DNA from: Epiperipatus broadwayi
Taxonomy: Eukaryota; Animalia; Onychophora
Direction of reading: 5' to 3'
Length of the DNA: 64,000 bases
Assembly (NCBI GenBank): GCA_028023455.1
Contig: JAQFVV010000008.1
Span: forward strand, 18,352,001 to 18,416,000
The notes under the pieces: model-generated
Seen by the model: the letters and a program-made list of their open reading frames with translations, nothing else
Database searches by the model: none
Told to the model about the DNA's origin: nothing
In this document: in pieces, positions 13,440-26,659 of the stretch
Position numbering within the stretch: position 1 is the stretch's first letter
Layout of the letters: each line of letters starts with the position of its first letter
Program-made: the position numbers and the translations under genes

Positions 13440-15096
13440 TGATAACGGTTCCAGCCGTTTACCTACTTTTCTTAAAGTACTCATCTTTACACGAGTATGA
13501 ATGTGTATTTTCTTCGATAACATACACGAGTATGAATGTGTATTTTCTTCGATAACATACACAGTATATTTATGGACGTCTAACTAAAGACTCCAAGCAC
13601 CAATCTCGCCCGTAGGTAAGAATTATACTGGACAATATAAAAGTATGTAATATGATGATAAAATGACCCGGCCTGCAGCTAGCTTTCTCAGGGCAGGTGG
13701 TAAAATTACTGACAGTAGATCTAACCCTCTCTTTTTTTTTTCAAAAAAAAAAGACTCAAAACATAAATAAAAAAAAACATTCATCATTTTATACATATTT
13801 ATTAGTAATAATAATTATGTACATCAAATCAGTTCTATTTTTTCCTTTATTATTTATCCAAGATTTCTATTAATTTTCCCTTTTGTTAGTTTACTCTTTT
13901 CTTTCTTTGCCAAAACCCACACACACACAAATACACTATAATATGTATGTCGCAATGAAGATTTAATTATAGACTAATTAATAAGCTAATAAAGACAGTA
14001 GAAAATAATTTAAACTCTCTGTGCAAAAAGAAAAAGAAAATTTAAGTTCACAATTTGGTCAAACAACAGTTTTTCGGAATTACATGGAGTAAGCTTACTA
14101 AGAGATCACATATATATGCAAATTGAAAAAAAGGTACCTGTGTTTTCTCCGGGGAATTGATTCGATTCCCCTCGTGAAAGAGAAATCTCCGGTCATTGGA
14201 CGATGAACGGACTTTTTGAAGTTCGGATTCCATGGCTGAATTCTATTTATTTATTTATTCTTTTACACATCTCATGATGATCCAACTTTATTTATCGAGG
14301 CGATTTTCCAGGCTTGACGTCCTCCGATATTGGCAGCTGCTATACATTTAGAGGAAGGATCCGAACACCTTGCACGTTGAAGTTTCTACCCCAGTCTGAT
14401 CATATTTTATCAATATATAACATTGATCTCTGGATTCTTATTTCTGTATATAAGTCTAAAGTCTGCTTTCTTCCACTCCCAAACTTATAATAATTAATTC
14501 TTTTTTTTAATTATAAAATTTATCTTTCTTTTCAAATCAGGAATTGCCGACTCCACCCCTTCTCTTAATTCTTTCTTTTCATTCATTTTCCTTTTTCCAT
14601 TTCCAATTAAGATTCCATGTGCCTTCGTTGGAATGCACCGTAAAAGCTTTTTACACCTTTTTTTTCTAATTGGAATTTAATTAGTACTTGACATTCCAAG
14701 GTTTTTATAACAGTCACTTTCATTGTTCTGTAAATCACTGTCTTCCATATTGGCATTTATAGTTCTTTCTTTGACTTAATATATATATATATATATTTTT
14801 AAAAGTTTATCAAACAAAATGTTTTTTTTTATTTTGTGAATTTTCATATTTAATTGATTCAAAACGCACTCATACATATACATAGCGATGTGTATAACTG
14901 GGTTTGGCAAAAAAAAAAAATCAGAGCATGTGTATACCCCCCATACCTCTTTTATGAGTTTTTTCATTGAAATAATAAATCTACAATTCAATATGACGAC
15001 GCAAATGAACGTTGATTATACATTAACTTGTAAATATTAGTTTTGTTAGTAAAGTAATATATATATATTTAATAATACATTAGTAATAATATATAT
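13440..15096 (-). repeat. 5' LTR of the gag-only element (main part)
   Basis: Aligns to 9507-~11185 and breaks in a TA run at 15096; has a private 35-bp tandem duplication near 13485-13560. Confidence 0.9.
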
Positions 15097-18000
15097 TGTG
15101 CCATTACAATTTAGTCACTAGCTAAATTTATAGTAATGTACATGTAGAAAAGGTAAACCAAAAATCATCATCACATTTTTATATAATCATAAATGAAGCT
15201 GTAGGGCATCCAAGTTCAAACCCTACAAGGTCCAGTTCTAAAAGCTTTAAACAGAGAAAGAATGGGTCAACAATTACATGCTTTACTTGTTTGTGTGTTG
15301 ATAGAAAGGTAATACACACATTTAAACTATTTAATATTTAAATTTTCTGTTAAAAAGCAAAGTTATAATGCATACATATAGGCAATGTCTGTGTAAATTA
15401 TTTAATTGTTTTATATTTCAAATATTCAACATTTTAACTTTCTTTAAAACTAACCTATGCTTGATCAATTCTAATATTTTATTCTATACTTTTATTTTGC
15501 TTTTCTTTAATTATAATTGGGATTTAAAAGTTACAGACTTAATTAAATAATTGGGTTATAATTACTAAGCTAGCAATCATATTATTTAAGGTTAGTTTAT
15601 GAATGATTTGAAAGAATGAAGGATGTGTGTACATTACATACAGAAATTTACATTTACTAAATATTGAAAGAAAAGGAAGTATTAAATCTGTCAAATTATT
15701 TTTTTTGTACAATTGTTTGTTAAAAGAGGAAATCTGTTTAATCAGATATCAATCTTTGTAGCAATTTTTTTTTTGTAAATAATTGTTTTTCACTTTGGAA
15801 GCTTATAATGGGTCAGAGCTCTAATTTTGAAATTGTCTTATCTCAAGATCTAAAGAAGGAAGCTCAAAGATTTGAAATGTTACCTGGATGTTAAAAAAAA
15901 AAAAAAAAAAGAAAAGAAAGGAAATAAGGATTGAGTCTATTTTTTTTTTAAACAAAAGTGTCTGGAAAAAGGATTAAACTTTTCAGTTGAAAAATAATTT
16001 AGTTGAAAATAAATTAGAGATCTAATTAAAACAAATTTGTCCAAAAATAGCAAGTGATGCTATCTCTGATTGGTTAAGTTAGCTAAAAATTGGATATAAA
16101 AAGCTGTCTTGAATTATTATTAGGATTATTGTTTATGATTCAGATTATTAAACTATCCAATTGAATGCTGAAAATATAAGAAATGTCTGGCTAGAAAAAT
16201 TATATATATGTCCCATCGGTTCTGGACCATCTGGGAAAGCTGCACATCACATAGGAAAGAAAAGATGTTGTGTCTAAAATAATATTCTACACCTTTCAAC
16301 TGACCAGAGAAATAAGATGTTTTTTATAGAAGGAAGAAAGCATTCACCTGCATTCAAAGAAGAATTAATCTACTGATAAATATTAATCATCAAGTCCAAT
16401 TAATTGTTACAACAACTGATTTTAAACTCAAGAAAATTTACAAATGGGAAAACAACTGCTGTATTTCATCCACATGCTTGACAGGAAGAGAAGAAAATTT
16501 AATATAATGATTTCCAAATTGTCCACTAAAGCAAATAACCTCAATAGAGTCATCATCATCAAATAGTTATACACCTCAAGAAAGAGATTGTTCCCAGTAA
16601 AACGGAAATGGTAGCTGCAGAAATATAAACATTATACAAGACAAGTTTGAACCCTTGGAAATTCGCCACAAACAAAAGATCGGTAATATGACTTTTTATA
16701 TCTATTTTCTTTATGATATCAGTCTTAAGAAACATTTTAGCAATAAAGTGGTATATTTTATTTAAAGAACCTTTAAAGACTATTCAGATCGATTAAAACA
16801 AGAATGTCTTACTAAAAATAACTTTGAGCTTCATAAATTATCTTGAATGTATGAAAATTATTTGTTTATTAATTTTACAGTTATGAAAAAATATTAATGT
16901 GTAAAACAATTTTTTTTTATGGTATTATGATTTTAGTTTTAACTAATATATTATTATTTTGGTTTTAAATAATATTTTGTTATCATGGGATAAAACACGC
17001 ACATACATAATGATATTTTATATGTGTATAATTGCGATTGAATGTGGAATAACAAGTAGTGTTAGAATATTAGATTAGTTTGTTTCATTAAGTATAGCAT
17101 TTCAGAGGTAGAAGAGTGGGGGAGAAAATAATTTAAAACTTGTTTCTAAAACTTGCTCTTTCAATTCTACTAACATTTTTTTTTACAGTCTATTTACATG
17201 TTAGATTTTTAAAGTATGTGTGCTAATGAGCAGATAATATTTTTTTTCTTGAAATACTTTTCTCATGGAGTGAAAATCATGGTCAATGTGATATCCAACT
17301 TAATACAAAATACATTTGAAGGGAAAGGGGGAAGAACTTAAAATTAATCTGAGGATAGTTATATAATCAATTATTATTATTATTATTCATGTCATTTTTC
17401 ATATTATCTAGAAATTTTTATGTATATGTTAGAAATGTAGTAATAAATATTAGTTTGTTTTATTAAACGAGGCGTATATATTTCATTAATTGTAGTCTTT
17501 GTTAAGTGTGATTATTCATCATCATCAATGGTTGAATATTAGTTATTTAAGATATAAGTAAATATGCTAAAATTAAGCAATAATTATGAATTTCTTTATA
17601 AAAATTAGTTTTATGTTTAGGCTTAGTCCTAGAGCTGTAGTTGAAACCCTTGTCATTATTGTTATTATTATCATCATCATCATCGTCATCAACGTTTTAA
17701 TTAATGAGCTGTTTAACTGTTTAAAGGCCATAAATAAATATTGATTTTATAATATTTAATGATTTCTTAGTATTATTATAACCACATCCCGTCATCTATT
17801 TCATGCAAGGATGAGTGAATTGCCATCCTAAATTAGTTATATATAATCTGAGCTAGTGAACTTATAAAAATATTGAAACACATTTGTTATGTTAAGATCT
17901 GAGAAATGATTTATGTTCAATGAACTCCACTGTGGTTTAAAGATGTTTTACTTTTACCTAACTATTAGTGCTTATAGTGATATGGCTCAAAAAGCAAAAT

Positions 18001-18577
18001 CTCTCATTTTTATTAGAAATAAAGTACCAAAAAGGGATTCAAACCCGGTACATGTGAAAGGTTATCAGATATAACCATGTCTAGATTCAGATAATCTAGT
18101 GGCGCCCTGCTAGACCATATTCACTTAGTATTTGTTTAAACATGCACTTAACATCAAACCAAGGAATGAAAGTGGATAAAACCTACTGCCTGTATACCTG
18201 AGTTATATTTTATTGAATTACTAGTGTACTCACTTCACGTGATTTCCATATACCTGAGTTATAATACTTGTTATTAATAATTTGCTCACAATTTGCTTAT
18301 AATTATATTGATATTGTTATATTTTGAGAAATCTATAATTATTGAGATAGTGTTTACTTAAGAAATCCAAGTTATTTTAAATATTATGATCTTGATATTT
18401 GGACTCCTTTACTCAGGTATAATAATATCTTTTGAACTCCTTTTAATTACGTTACAATGAGTTATTTGAATCTTTACTTAATAATTTTTGATATTTGAAC
18501 TCCTTCACTTATATGGTAATAGTTATATTGTAACCATCTATAATTATTTGAGCGACTATTTAATTATGTTACAATAT
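15097..18577. mobile_element. ~3.5-kb insertion inside the 5' LTR, possibly composite
   Basis: Splits the LTR; begins TGTGCC, ends GTTACA, flanked by ATAT; contains a decayed coding-like stretch at ~15780-16720. Confidence 0.65.
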
Positions 18578-18658
18578 ATATATTTTAATACGTTAAGTAT
18601 ACGAATACGTATTTGTCTAATTATCACAACAGGGTTTGATTATACCTGCCCTGTTGCA
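18578..18658 (-). repeat. Terminal piece of the 5' LTR
   Basis: ttaatacgttaagtatacgaatac...ctgccctgttgca matches ~11185-11260. Confidence 0.9.
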
Positions 18659-18662
18659 ATAG

Positions 18663-18880
18663 AATACTTATTTTACCCAATTTATTATATGGAAGTGAGA
18701 TTGGACAGTCTTCTAACAAAGCAGAAACGTCTTAATAAAGATTTGCTCAGTAAAATTTTAAAAATACAATAGCAAAATCTTTAAATCAAATAATATATTA
18801 TCCAAATTCTAGATTTAACATTCAACTATGTGTTAGTTTGAATATCTTGAAAATGAAGGCTTAGACCTTCGAAAGCGCTT
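18663..18880 (+). mobile_element. Continuation of the RTE LINE after the LTR insertion
   Basis: ILILPNLLYGSE and LLSKILKIQ*Q match RTE LPTLLYGSETW and LRKILxIxWQD motifs. Confidence 0.85.
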
Positions 18881-19033
18881 GAGTAAAAAATTTATCATTT
18901 GTTAAGACGGTGATTGTCTATTTAATATAGAAATAGTATTTATATATCTTATAGTGTATGTGTGTATTTATATTAACACAAAATATAGATTTTACAAATT
19001 CTAGATGTAATATCACAAAGTCCATTATTATAT

Positions 19034-19382
19034 AGGGTATATGAGCACAGACTTTCACACAACCCACCACTCTCTATTCTATCTCATAACACTGATACAC
19101 TTGAACCCATATATGTCGAAAAGATAAATAATTACCAATAGATGTATTTCATGCTAAACCAGCAATCATCAGTTGGTCCAGATTAATACCTCTACACATA
19201 TATGCAATAAGTGCTCAGATATATATTAAGATAGCCAATCTTCATACTTTAATGGAAAGGATTCAATTCAGTCCACATCCAACTCTTCAACCATCCATTC
19301 AATTGAAAATCTGATGATGGAATGCTCAAAGGCTACCATGAGGCCAAGATTCTCGTGTGAAAGTCTGTGCTCATATATCCCA
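19034..19382 (-). mobile_element. Family B hammerhead-bearing element, copy 1
   Basis: ~27-bp inverted ends gggtatatgagcacagactttcaca / tgtgaaagtctgtgctcatatatccc; homologous to 42509-43029. Confidence 0.85.
19134..19177 (-). ncRNA. Type I hammerhead ribozyme motif (family B)
   Basis: ACCAA CTGATGA TTGCT-GGTTT-AGCAT GAAA TACATC TA TTGGT; stem III partly mutated. Confidence 0.6.
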
Positions 19383-19949
19383 TACATTAAATATATTGAT
19401 ACAGGTATATGATAAGCCTGTATTTCAGTATTGTAAAATCGCATTTTCATACAATTGGGCATGTAAAACAAATGAGCAATACAAAGCTTTCAAAATGAGT
19501 TTTTATAATAAACTTGATATTGTTTTCACAGGTGAAGCAATTTCCATTTATATTATAATGATTATCTCAAAGACATTTTATAGTGATTGCTTTCATTAGA
19601 AAGATATGGCAAAGAAAAAAATTCATTGGGGAGCTGCAATAAGGCATTGTATTGAAGTATTTCACAAAGAAAAGTTTAGTGCAGAAGCAGTTATAAAAGA
19701 TAGCACTTGGAATAACAAATAAACAGAATAATAGACCCAGCATATTCTACAATGTAGACAAATTTGTGTTACACAGATTGTTTTCTTTATAGAGTAGTTA
19801 CAAAAATATTCTCTAGTGAATTATTATTATTATTTTGCTAGATTTTTTCCTAGTTAAATGGAATGAGCATTCTATTTTATAAGTAGCTATTACAGATGAT
19901 AATTCATAAAGCAAGTATGACTATTCTAATTTCAGACAAAAAATAAAAT

Positions 19950-20200
19950 AAAACAAAGACAAAAAATAAAAAGTTAGAAAATAAAGCACAAAAAAGGTAA
20001 AGATTAGGTCAGAGTTTGTGTTTGGATAATTAAAAGATGGAAATATATCTGTACATACAATCCCATTGTCACGATTATGGCAGAGAGATATGATTGATGG
20101 CATAAAAAAATCAAATAAAACCAGACGTGACTGAAGACAGAAAAATAAAATGGAAGAAGAAAGAGAGAAAAATAAAAATGATAAATTTAACTGCAAATAT
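19950..20200 (+). mobile_element. RTE LINE 3' fragment
   Basis: Remnant PDVTEDRK*NGR resembles the RTE C-terminal AEDRxxWR motif. Confidence 0.4.
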
Positions 20201-22467
20201 TGGTAATAAAGTAATAACTTTCATTAATCTTTAATCATGCATTTTTTTTCTTATTATGCGTATATTTGCAAAATTAGTATTTCTTAAATTAAGTAAAATA
20301 ACAAGAATACACAGTCAATAACATATAAAAGACTAATGGGATATTAACAATTTAAATATGCAGCATGCTATGTGGAGTTTTTAAAAAATTATAAATTAAT
20401 TATTATAACTTAATAAGACCATCCATGACATAGATAGTTAAAATATTAAAATTGTGAATGCTTCTGTTAATGTGAAGATCTTTATTGCACAGTAAATAAA
20501 CTGATATCAACAACTCAAACAGTACATATTTTTGTATTATATCGAAAATAAAAAAAAAAAAAAACATTACAAAAACACAAATCTTTAAGTCTTTCAAAAG
20601 TAAACAAACTTCATAAAGAATAAATAGAGAGAGATTTTATATCAGTTCATGAAATAAAATTGTCTAAGCTACATATATTATAAATTAATAAAAAAAAATG
20701 AATAATATTTTTTTATCTTTAAGGATTGAGAAAAATGTGTAACAATAATTGAAGAAATATTAAATCATAATTGGTTACGACCATGCCAAAAAAATAAATA
20801 CTTATTTCGGTATTACTAAAAAACATTTTCATTAAAAATAATAATTAATAAAAACAAACCACATATTTGTAATTTTATGCATAGTTTCTTATATATAAGA
20901 AAATTGTATTTTTACTCCAAGTTCTACCTATAATCTTATAGATCGTGTGATATTAGAACGCTCAGGTCAGGTTAACACAGCAGTTTCGTTCAATTGCCGA
21001 ATCTGAGATTTTTTTTTTTTACTTCATTTAATTGAAAATTTATGGACTTTTTATGGTTTTTAAGTCCGACAACACTCTACCTCTTATTTTATTTCAATAT
21101 CCCTTAGTTATAAATTAACTTATTTGAACTAAATTTCAGCTGTAAAACCATAGCTCTTTTTTGAAAAACAATGATATGTTTTATGAAAAGCTTCTTAAAT
21201 AAAGTCGGAAATTTCTGTGTATAAGTTATATGCCCAGAAATCCTATTTTATCCTAATTTAACATTCCCTTCCTCCAAACTTCACATTCCACAAATAACTC
21301 ATCTACTTCTTATTCCTTATTACCCAATTATTTTCCAATCCTGATTCATTTCTTTTCTTAACCTATGCACAGTGACCTCTGTTGGTCACTTAACGTATAA
21401 ATCAAAATTATTTATAAAATTCTAAAATTATAGTTATATAATGCGCAAATAATAACCATAAATTAGTATACATAATTCCATATATACTTATCTATATCAA
21501 AATTAAAACACATAGACATAGCGCTACATATATATAAAGATGACTATTACAATGTGGATCAATATATCATACACACATCAAATATTATCGAAACAAATAC
21601 AGTTAATGACATCTATTTATATATATAAAAAATAGACATAATTATACATAAAATAAATATACATGTGTATATCTCCTTTACTTACACCTTCCATATCCAT
21701 AAATGTACAAAAACATGTAGGCAAATAATATAAACTGACATATATATATAACATACAACAAACGATCATGTCTGTATAAGCAATATTTGTCTATATGTAA
21801 GCCTATAAAAGAAGATATAAACAAATATATATACTCGGATGAGAGGCATATGTGTACATTTTGTACACTTAGTCAATCCCAATATAGATAACAATCAACA
21901 ATTTCAAATTGTTGTCAAGGCAATCTCCTTTTAACAATAAAGGTGAAATCCTGCCTTTATTTATTGTTCTATATATTTATATAGACACTAAAGATTGCAA
22001 CTTGACTACAGAGATTGAAATTATTGATACAAAGAAGTTTAAATCTAGCAAGAAGTTTAAATAAATCTCCTTAAACAGGTAAATAGTCAATTACACTTAT
22101 ATATTATAATGTATGTTACACATTGGGAAAGATTATCACCTGATGATGATCAGATCGTGTTTCTATTGAAACACTATTTTATAAGCAACTAAATGCTGAT
22201 AATGGGATAAGCTACATAATTGTATTTAGTGCCGATGATGATGATGACCATCTAAATACAAACATCAAAAGTATCAAAAACAATGCTTCCGATAATTGGA
22301 ATGATAGCAAAGAAGACTGCTGTAGATATCTAGTTAGATTACAGTCATTAAATAGCAAATATTTATATATTAGTGGAATGTTCTTGCTTTGGTCTACAGA
22401 TCTATATCATTCTTAGTCATAAAATATATGACTGCCATGCCATTAATTAAAAATATAACATATCTGA

Positions 22468-22546
22468 TAAACAAAGGCAAAACTCTCCATACAGTAGTGC
22501 CACCCACACAATTATGTGCTAGTATAGAGGTGGCGATCATGTGATA
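22468..22546. mobile_element. Family A fragment with internal strand switch
   Basis: aaacaaaggcaaaactctccatacagtagtgccaccc matches ~47578-47613 and is joined to an inverted piece matching ~48220-48258. Confidence 0.85.
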
Positions 22547-23503
22547 ATATCTGATACTCTTTGATTAAACTAAAAGAGGAACCATGTCACCAAATCACTT
22601 AAAAGTATTTATTTCTCTCCATATATACAAATATCTAGAAATAACTTGAGTAAACATAAAACTCACATATTTTAATTTATTAAGTAATTTACAATATTAA
22701 TAATAAAATAAAAATTCACTACAATTAATTAATTAATAAACACACATAATTACTAGTTATTTATATAATTCATAAAATATAATGATAATCATTGCAATCA
22801 AGAATATAATTTTGAATGTCAAAACAAGATTAAGAGATTTATAATACACTTTGATCTATTTTATGATCCTTTTCTTGTTTAATAAATGAAAGTAAAATTA
22901 TTTCAATTTTTTTTTATAATAAGTGTTTTTGAAAACAATATACTTTTGGTGGGCATTATCTATATACAGGTAGACTGAAAATTAAAGAATTGTAAAAAAA
23001 AAATAATATTAAAAAAAGATTATTTTAAATATTGCTTTTATGTAAATAGGCCATTAAAAATTAGAAAAATATAGTAACAATCCATGTCATAAAAGCATTT
23101 GAGGCTCAAATAAATCATAAAAATCAAAAAGCCTTCAATGCTTTTATGATACAAATTATTACTTTGTTATTTTTCTAATTTTTAGTGGGCTATTTACATA
23201 AAAGCATTATTTTAAAAAAAAAATTTTTTTAATATTGGTTTATTTTTTTATTAAAAAATGAAACCTATAATTTCAATTTAAATAAAATAATTTTCTTCAT
23301 TAGTCTTTTTTATTATTATTGTTTCTTGTTCTTTCGATAAGAGAATGCCTGCTGTCAACGATTTTGACAATTGTATTCATTTTGATTTTGGAAAAGAAAA
23401 AAAATCCATATAATTCTCTAACCTTTTTTTCAAACACATTTATTATTTTTTTCACAAAATATTTATCGAGTTACAATTATTTATTAAGTGCACAAAAAGT
23501 ATA

Positions 23504-23793
23504 TGTAAATACTTTTAAAAATGGCTTTAACCTGTATTCAATGCGCCTTGAAATTTTATAACAGTCAAGCAATATTTTTATTTTTCCGATAGAGGGACCT
23601 CTCAAACCATGACACAAGATAGCTATATAAGTGGAAAGTTAGGTTAAGATAAGGTGGCCACTCTTATCTTAATAAAAGTTGCTATCTTGTGTCATGGTTT
23701 GAGAGGTCCCTCTGGCAAAATAAAAATATTGCTTGTTATAAAATTTCAAGGTGCAGTGGATACAGGTTAAAGCCTGTCTTAAAAGTATTTACA
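23504..23793. repeat. ~290-bp fold-back (palindromic) element
   Basis: Arms include agagggacctctcaaaccatgacacaagatagc / gctatcttgtgtcatggtttgagaggtccctct; centre gtggccac. Confidence 0.9.
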
Positions 23794-26659
23794 AAATATT
23801 TATGAAATATTAATTCTTTTAGAAGAATAATTCATATTTTCATAAGAAATATTTACTTTTAATTAATTAATTCAATATTAACAAAATTTTACTCTATAAA
23901 CATAGTGTTATCATTGATTCAATTGTTAAGAAGTTTTATTAAAAAGTGTAAGGATGTGCGTTGAATTCTAAATGGGACCTGATTTTTTTTCATTGTTAAC
24001 AATTCAAAAATTTGAATAACACAACAGAAACACACACAGAACAAGCTAATATAAAAGCATTTAATAATAACAAAATAACTTTCATTTAAAAGAAATTATT
24101 AAGTTAATATTTATACATATATATATATGCCAATTTCATTAAAGTAATTGATATAAAGATTTGTAACAAGAAAAATATAAAAATTATAACATAATTACCG
24201 TTAAATCTTATTCATTTTAAATATTTGAAATGGCTGATTTAAATGAAAAGATATAAATATTATTACTATCATTTACCTCAATCACTTAAATTATCCTCTA
24301 AACAAAGGTCCATCAGATGTTATAAATTTATTTAGTATTTAATATCTATCTTTCTTTATTTAGGTGTCAGAAAGACTATGATAATTTCAGCACAAGTAAT
24401 AACTTTAATAAAGCTTCTTAGTCACATTCTCAATACAGTATGGTGAGATGAGAAAACTATCCTTTCCAAATATGTACGAGCAACTGGTTCAAATCTTTTG
24501 TTTTTTTAGCTGATCTTGTTTTGATATGGTAATCTATTCAAGGTGTCGAATGAATTAGCTATCTATATTATGTATGAATGACTATAACTATCATTGATGA
24601 ATTCCCAAACTAAATCTGCAATTCTATTAATAACTCAGTATCTCTCTGAATTTATAACTACAACTGACTTGATTAAATTTGACTTAATCTTTTATAAGTT
24701 TTTTTGTTAAACATCTTTGTTGTCTTATTACTTAAAAAATTTGTTAATCAAAAAAATACATTTAAGAAATATTCAAAACAACAAATTGCTTTTTTTTAGT
24801 AGTTGAAATTATTTATTAAATTATTTATCATAAATCTAAATTTAAGCAAAATATACTTTTTATTTTACAATCTTTTGACTTTGCCTTTGTCAGAATTCTT
24901 TCAACTATTATTTTTTATTTTTTAACTATTTACACACACACATAAGAATTATCATAATATATGCATATTTTACATACATGATACTTGTGAATATCTATAT
25001 TTATTTATACAATATTTAATGTATATTCATTTTTGGTCTATGTAAATATATATATATTAATGTATATACATATGAATGTATATTTATGTAATTTGTCCAT
25101 GTATATGATAGTGTGTAAATATGTGATTGTCGCATTCATGTGTGTATATAATTTTAGTTTAATATGACTGAATACATAGGAATTTTTATATAAGAATGTG
25201 CACGTATATATAACTACACATTTATACTATATATACATTTTAAATTTATAAATTTTTATTTAAAAAAATATTTACTTCGTGATATATATTTTGTTTCATT
25301 CATTACTATTGTTTAGGTATTACATATTTGCAATGTTATATTTTTGTTTCTAATTCTTAAGACACACACACACACATATATAATGTTATAAACAATTTTG
25401 CATATATAATAATAATATACAGAAAATGATTGACAGAAAACTGCATTTTTCTGAGGAGAGTAAAGAATATTATAGCAGAAAACTGGATCAATTTTTTTTT
25501 TTTTTAATTTTACACAATCTAATTTAAAATATTTTTATTTTTAATTATAGCATTTATCATACCATGAAGATATAGCATAATGGAAAATATTTAAAGTTAT
25601 TTTTAAATGCATATAATGCCCAAAAAACTGGCAGCAGGTTTAAGATTATTCTAACATATTGGCAACCTATAGTCAAATCAACTAGCCCTCTAGTCAGTAA
25701 ATGGATAGTTTCAATCTGGGTTATTAGATAAGCTTCATTGCACTAACTATAAAAAATAGAAATCTGATTGCAACTTAATGTAGCCATCTTTACAAATAAA
25801 AGAAGAGGTATTAGACTCCTATGGCATTTCTATTCATAGCTACTTTCACACAAATGTACTGTAATAAAAACTGGATTTATTGATGTTCAGAAATTCATTG
25901 ATAAATAATAGTAATAAAGGATCACACATACTGCATGCATTAGAGAAATATTATTTTTATTGTTATGCTGTTGACATATTTGTCTCAGCAATAGCCTGAT
26001 GGTGAACCAAAAGTTACTGTTTCAATTCATAATGGAGTGTTTAGTATAAGAGATAAAACTCTTATATTCTACAGTAATCATGAAAATTATTTCATTAGCA
26101 GACTAGATAGTTTCCCAATTTGACAGAATCAGGCTGTAATTAACTTCAGTACTATAATTAATAGACTACCAATAAATGATTTTGTATAACCTGATAAGTG
26201 AAAATAGAATTTTTTAAATGTTATTCTATTGTTATATGGGAATGGGTGTCTACTCATGTTATTTGCACAATTAATATGAAATACAAGAGTTGTTGGCGGT
26301 ATGGTGCTCAATCTCCTTAAAAGGGAATCATATATATATATGTATTAACAATAAATCAAAGAAACAAGAATTCAATAGTAAAATAATTTTAACTAAATCA
26401 TAGTGCCATGATTTCATTACACATTTTATTACTTTTTTAATATTAGCTAATGGTAATTATTTTGTGTATGTTTAGGTGACAAACATAAAAATTCATTAAA
26501 AGCCATTATTTAGAATAGAAGATCCATCCACTTAAAAGTAAATTCAGACTGACCTCATATATATAATAATGAATAATTTTTGTTATATAATCTTACTTAT
26601 TTTTGTGAGATGAGACATAAATATCTTATCTATGTATAAAAGTGTGATATTTATATTTA

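Larger units (their letters stand above)
9507..18658 (-). mobile_element. Gag-only non-autonomous Gypsy-type LTR element with ~1.75-kb LTRs and a nested insertion in the 5' LTR
   Basis: Direct repeats 9507-11260 and 13440-15096 plus 18578-18658; TG...CA ends; 4-bp TSD ATAG (9503-9506, 18659-18662); PBS TGGCATCCCAAC (13428-13438); PPT GGGAGGG (11267-11273); removing the element restores the RTE frame VYRILILPNLLYGSE. Confidence 0.9.

Noticed and set aside
18030-18125. tRNA-Leu-like gene on minus
   Set aside because: Has a B-box-like GGTTTGAATCCC but no foldable cloverleaf or acceptor stem; at most a SINE or pseudogene relic
19305-19355. Plus-strand CTGATGA...GAAA in family B (also at 42808) as a second hammerhead or a C/D snoRNA
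   Set aside because: No valid stem III or UH cleavage site can be formed; the C and D-like boxes are too close for a snoRNA
22135-22180. CTGATGA...GAAAC as a hammerhead
   Set aside because: No stem II closing on GAAA and no stem I partner
24364-24441. Possible host exon (ag...gtgag, one open frame)
   Set aside because: Short, with no recognisable protein and no linked exons
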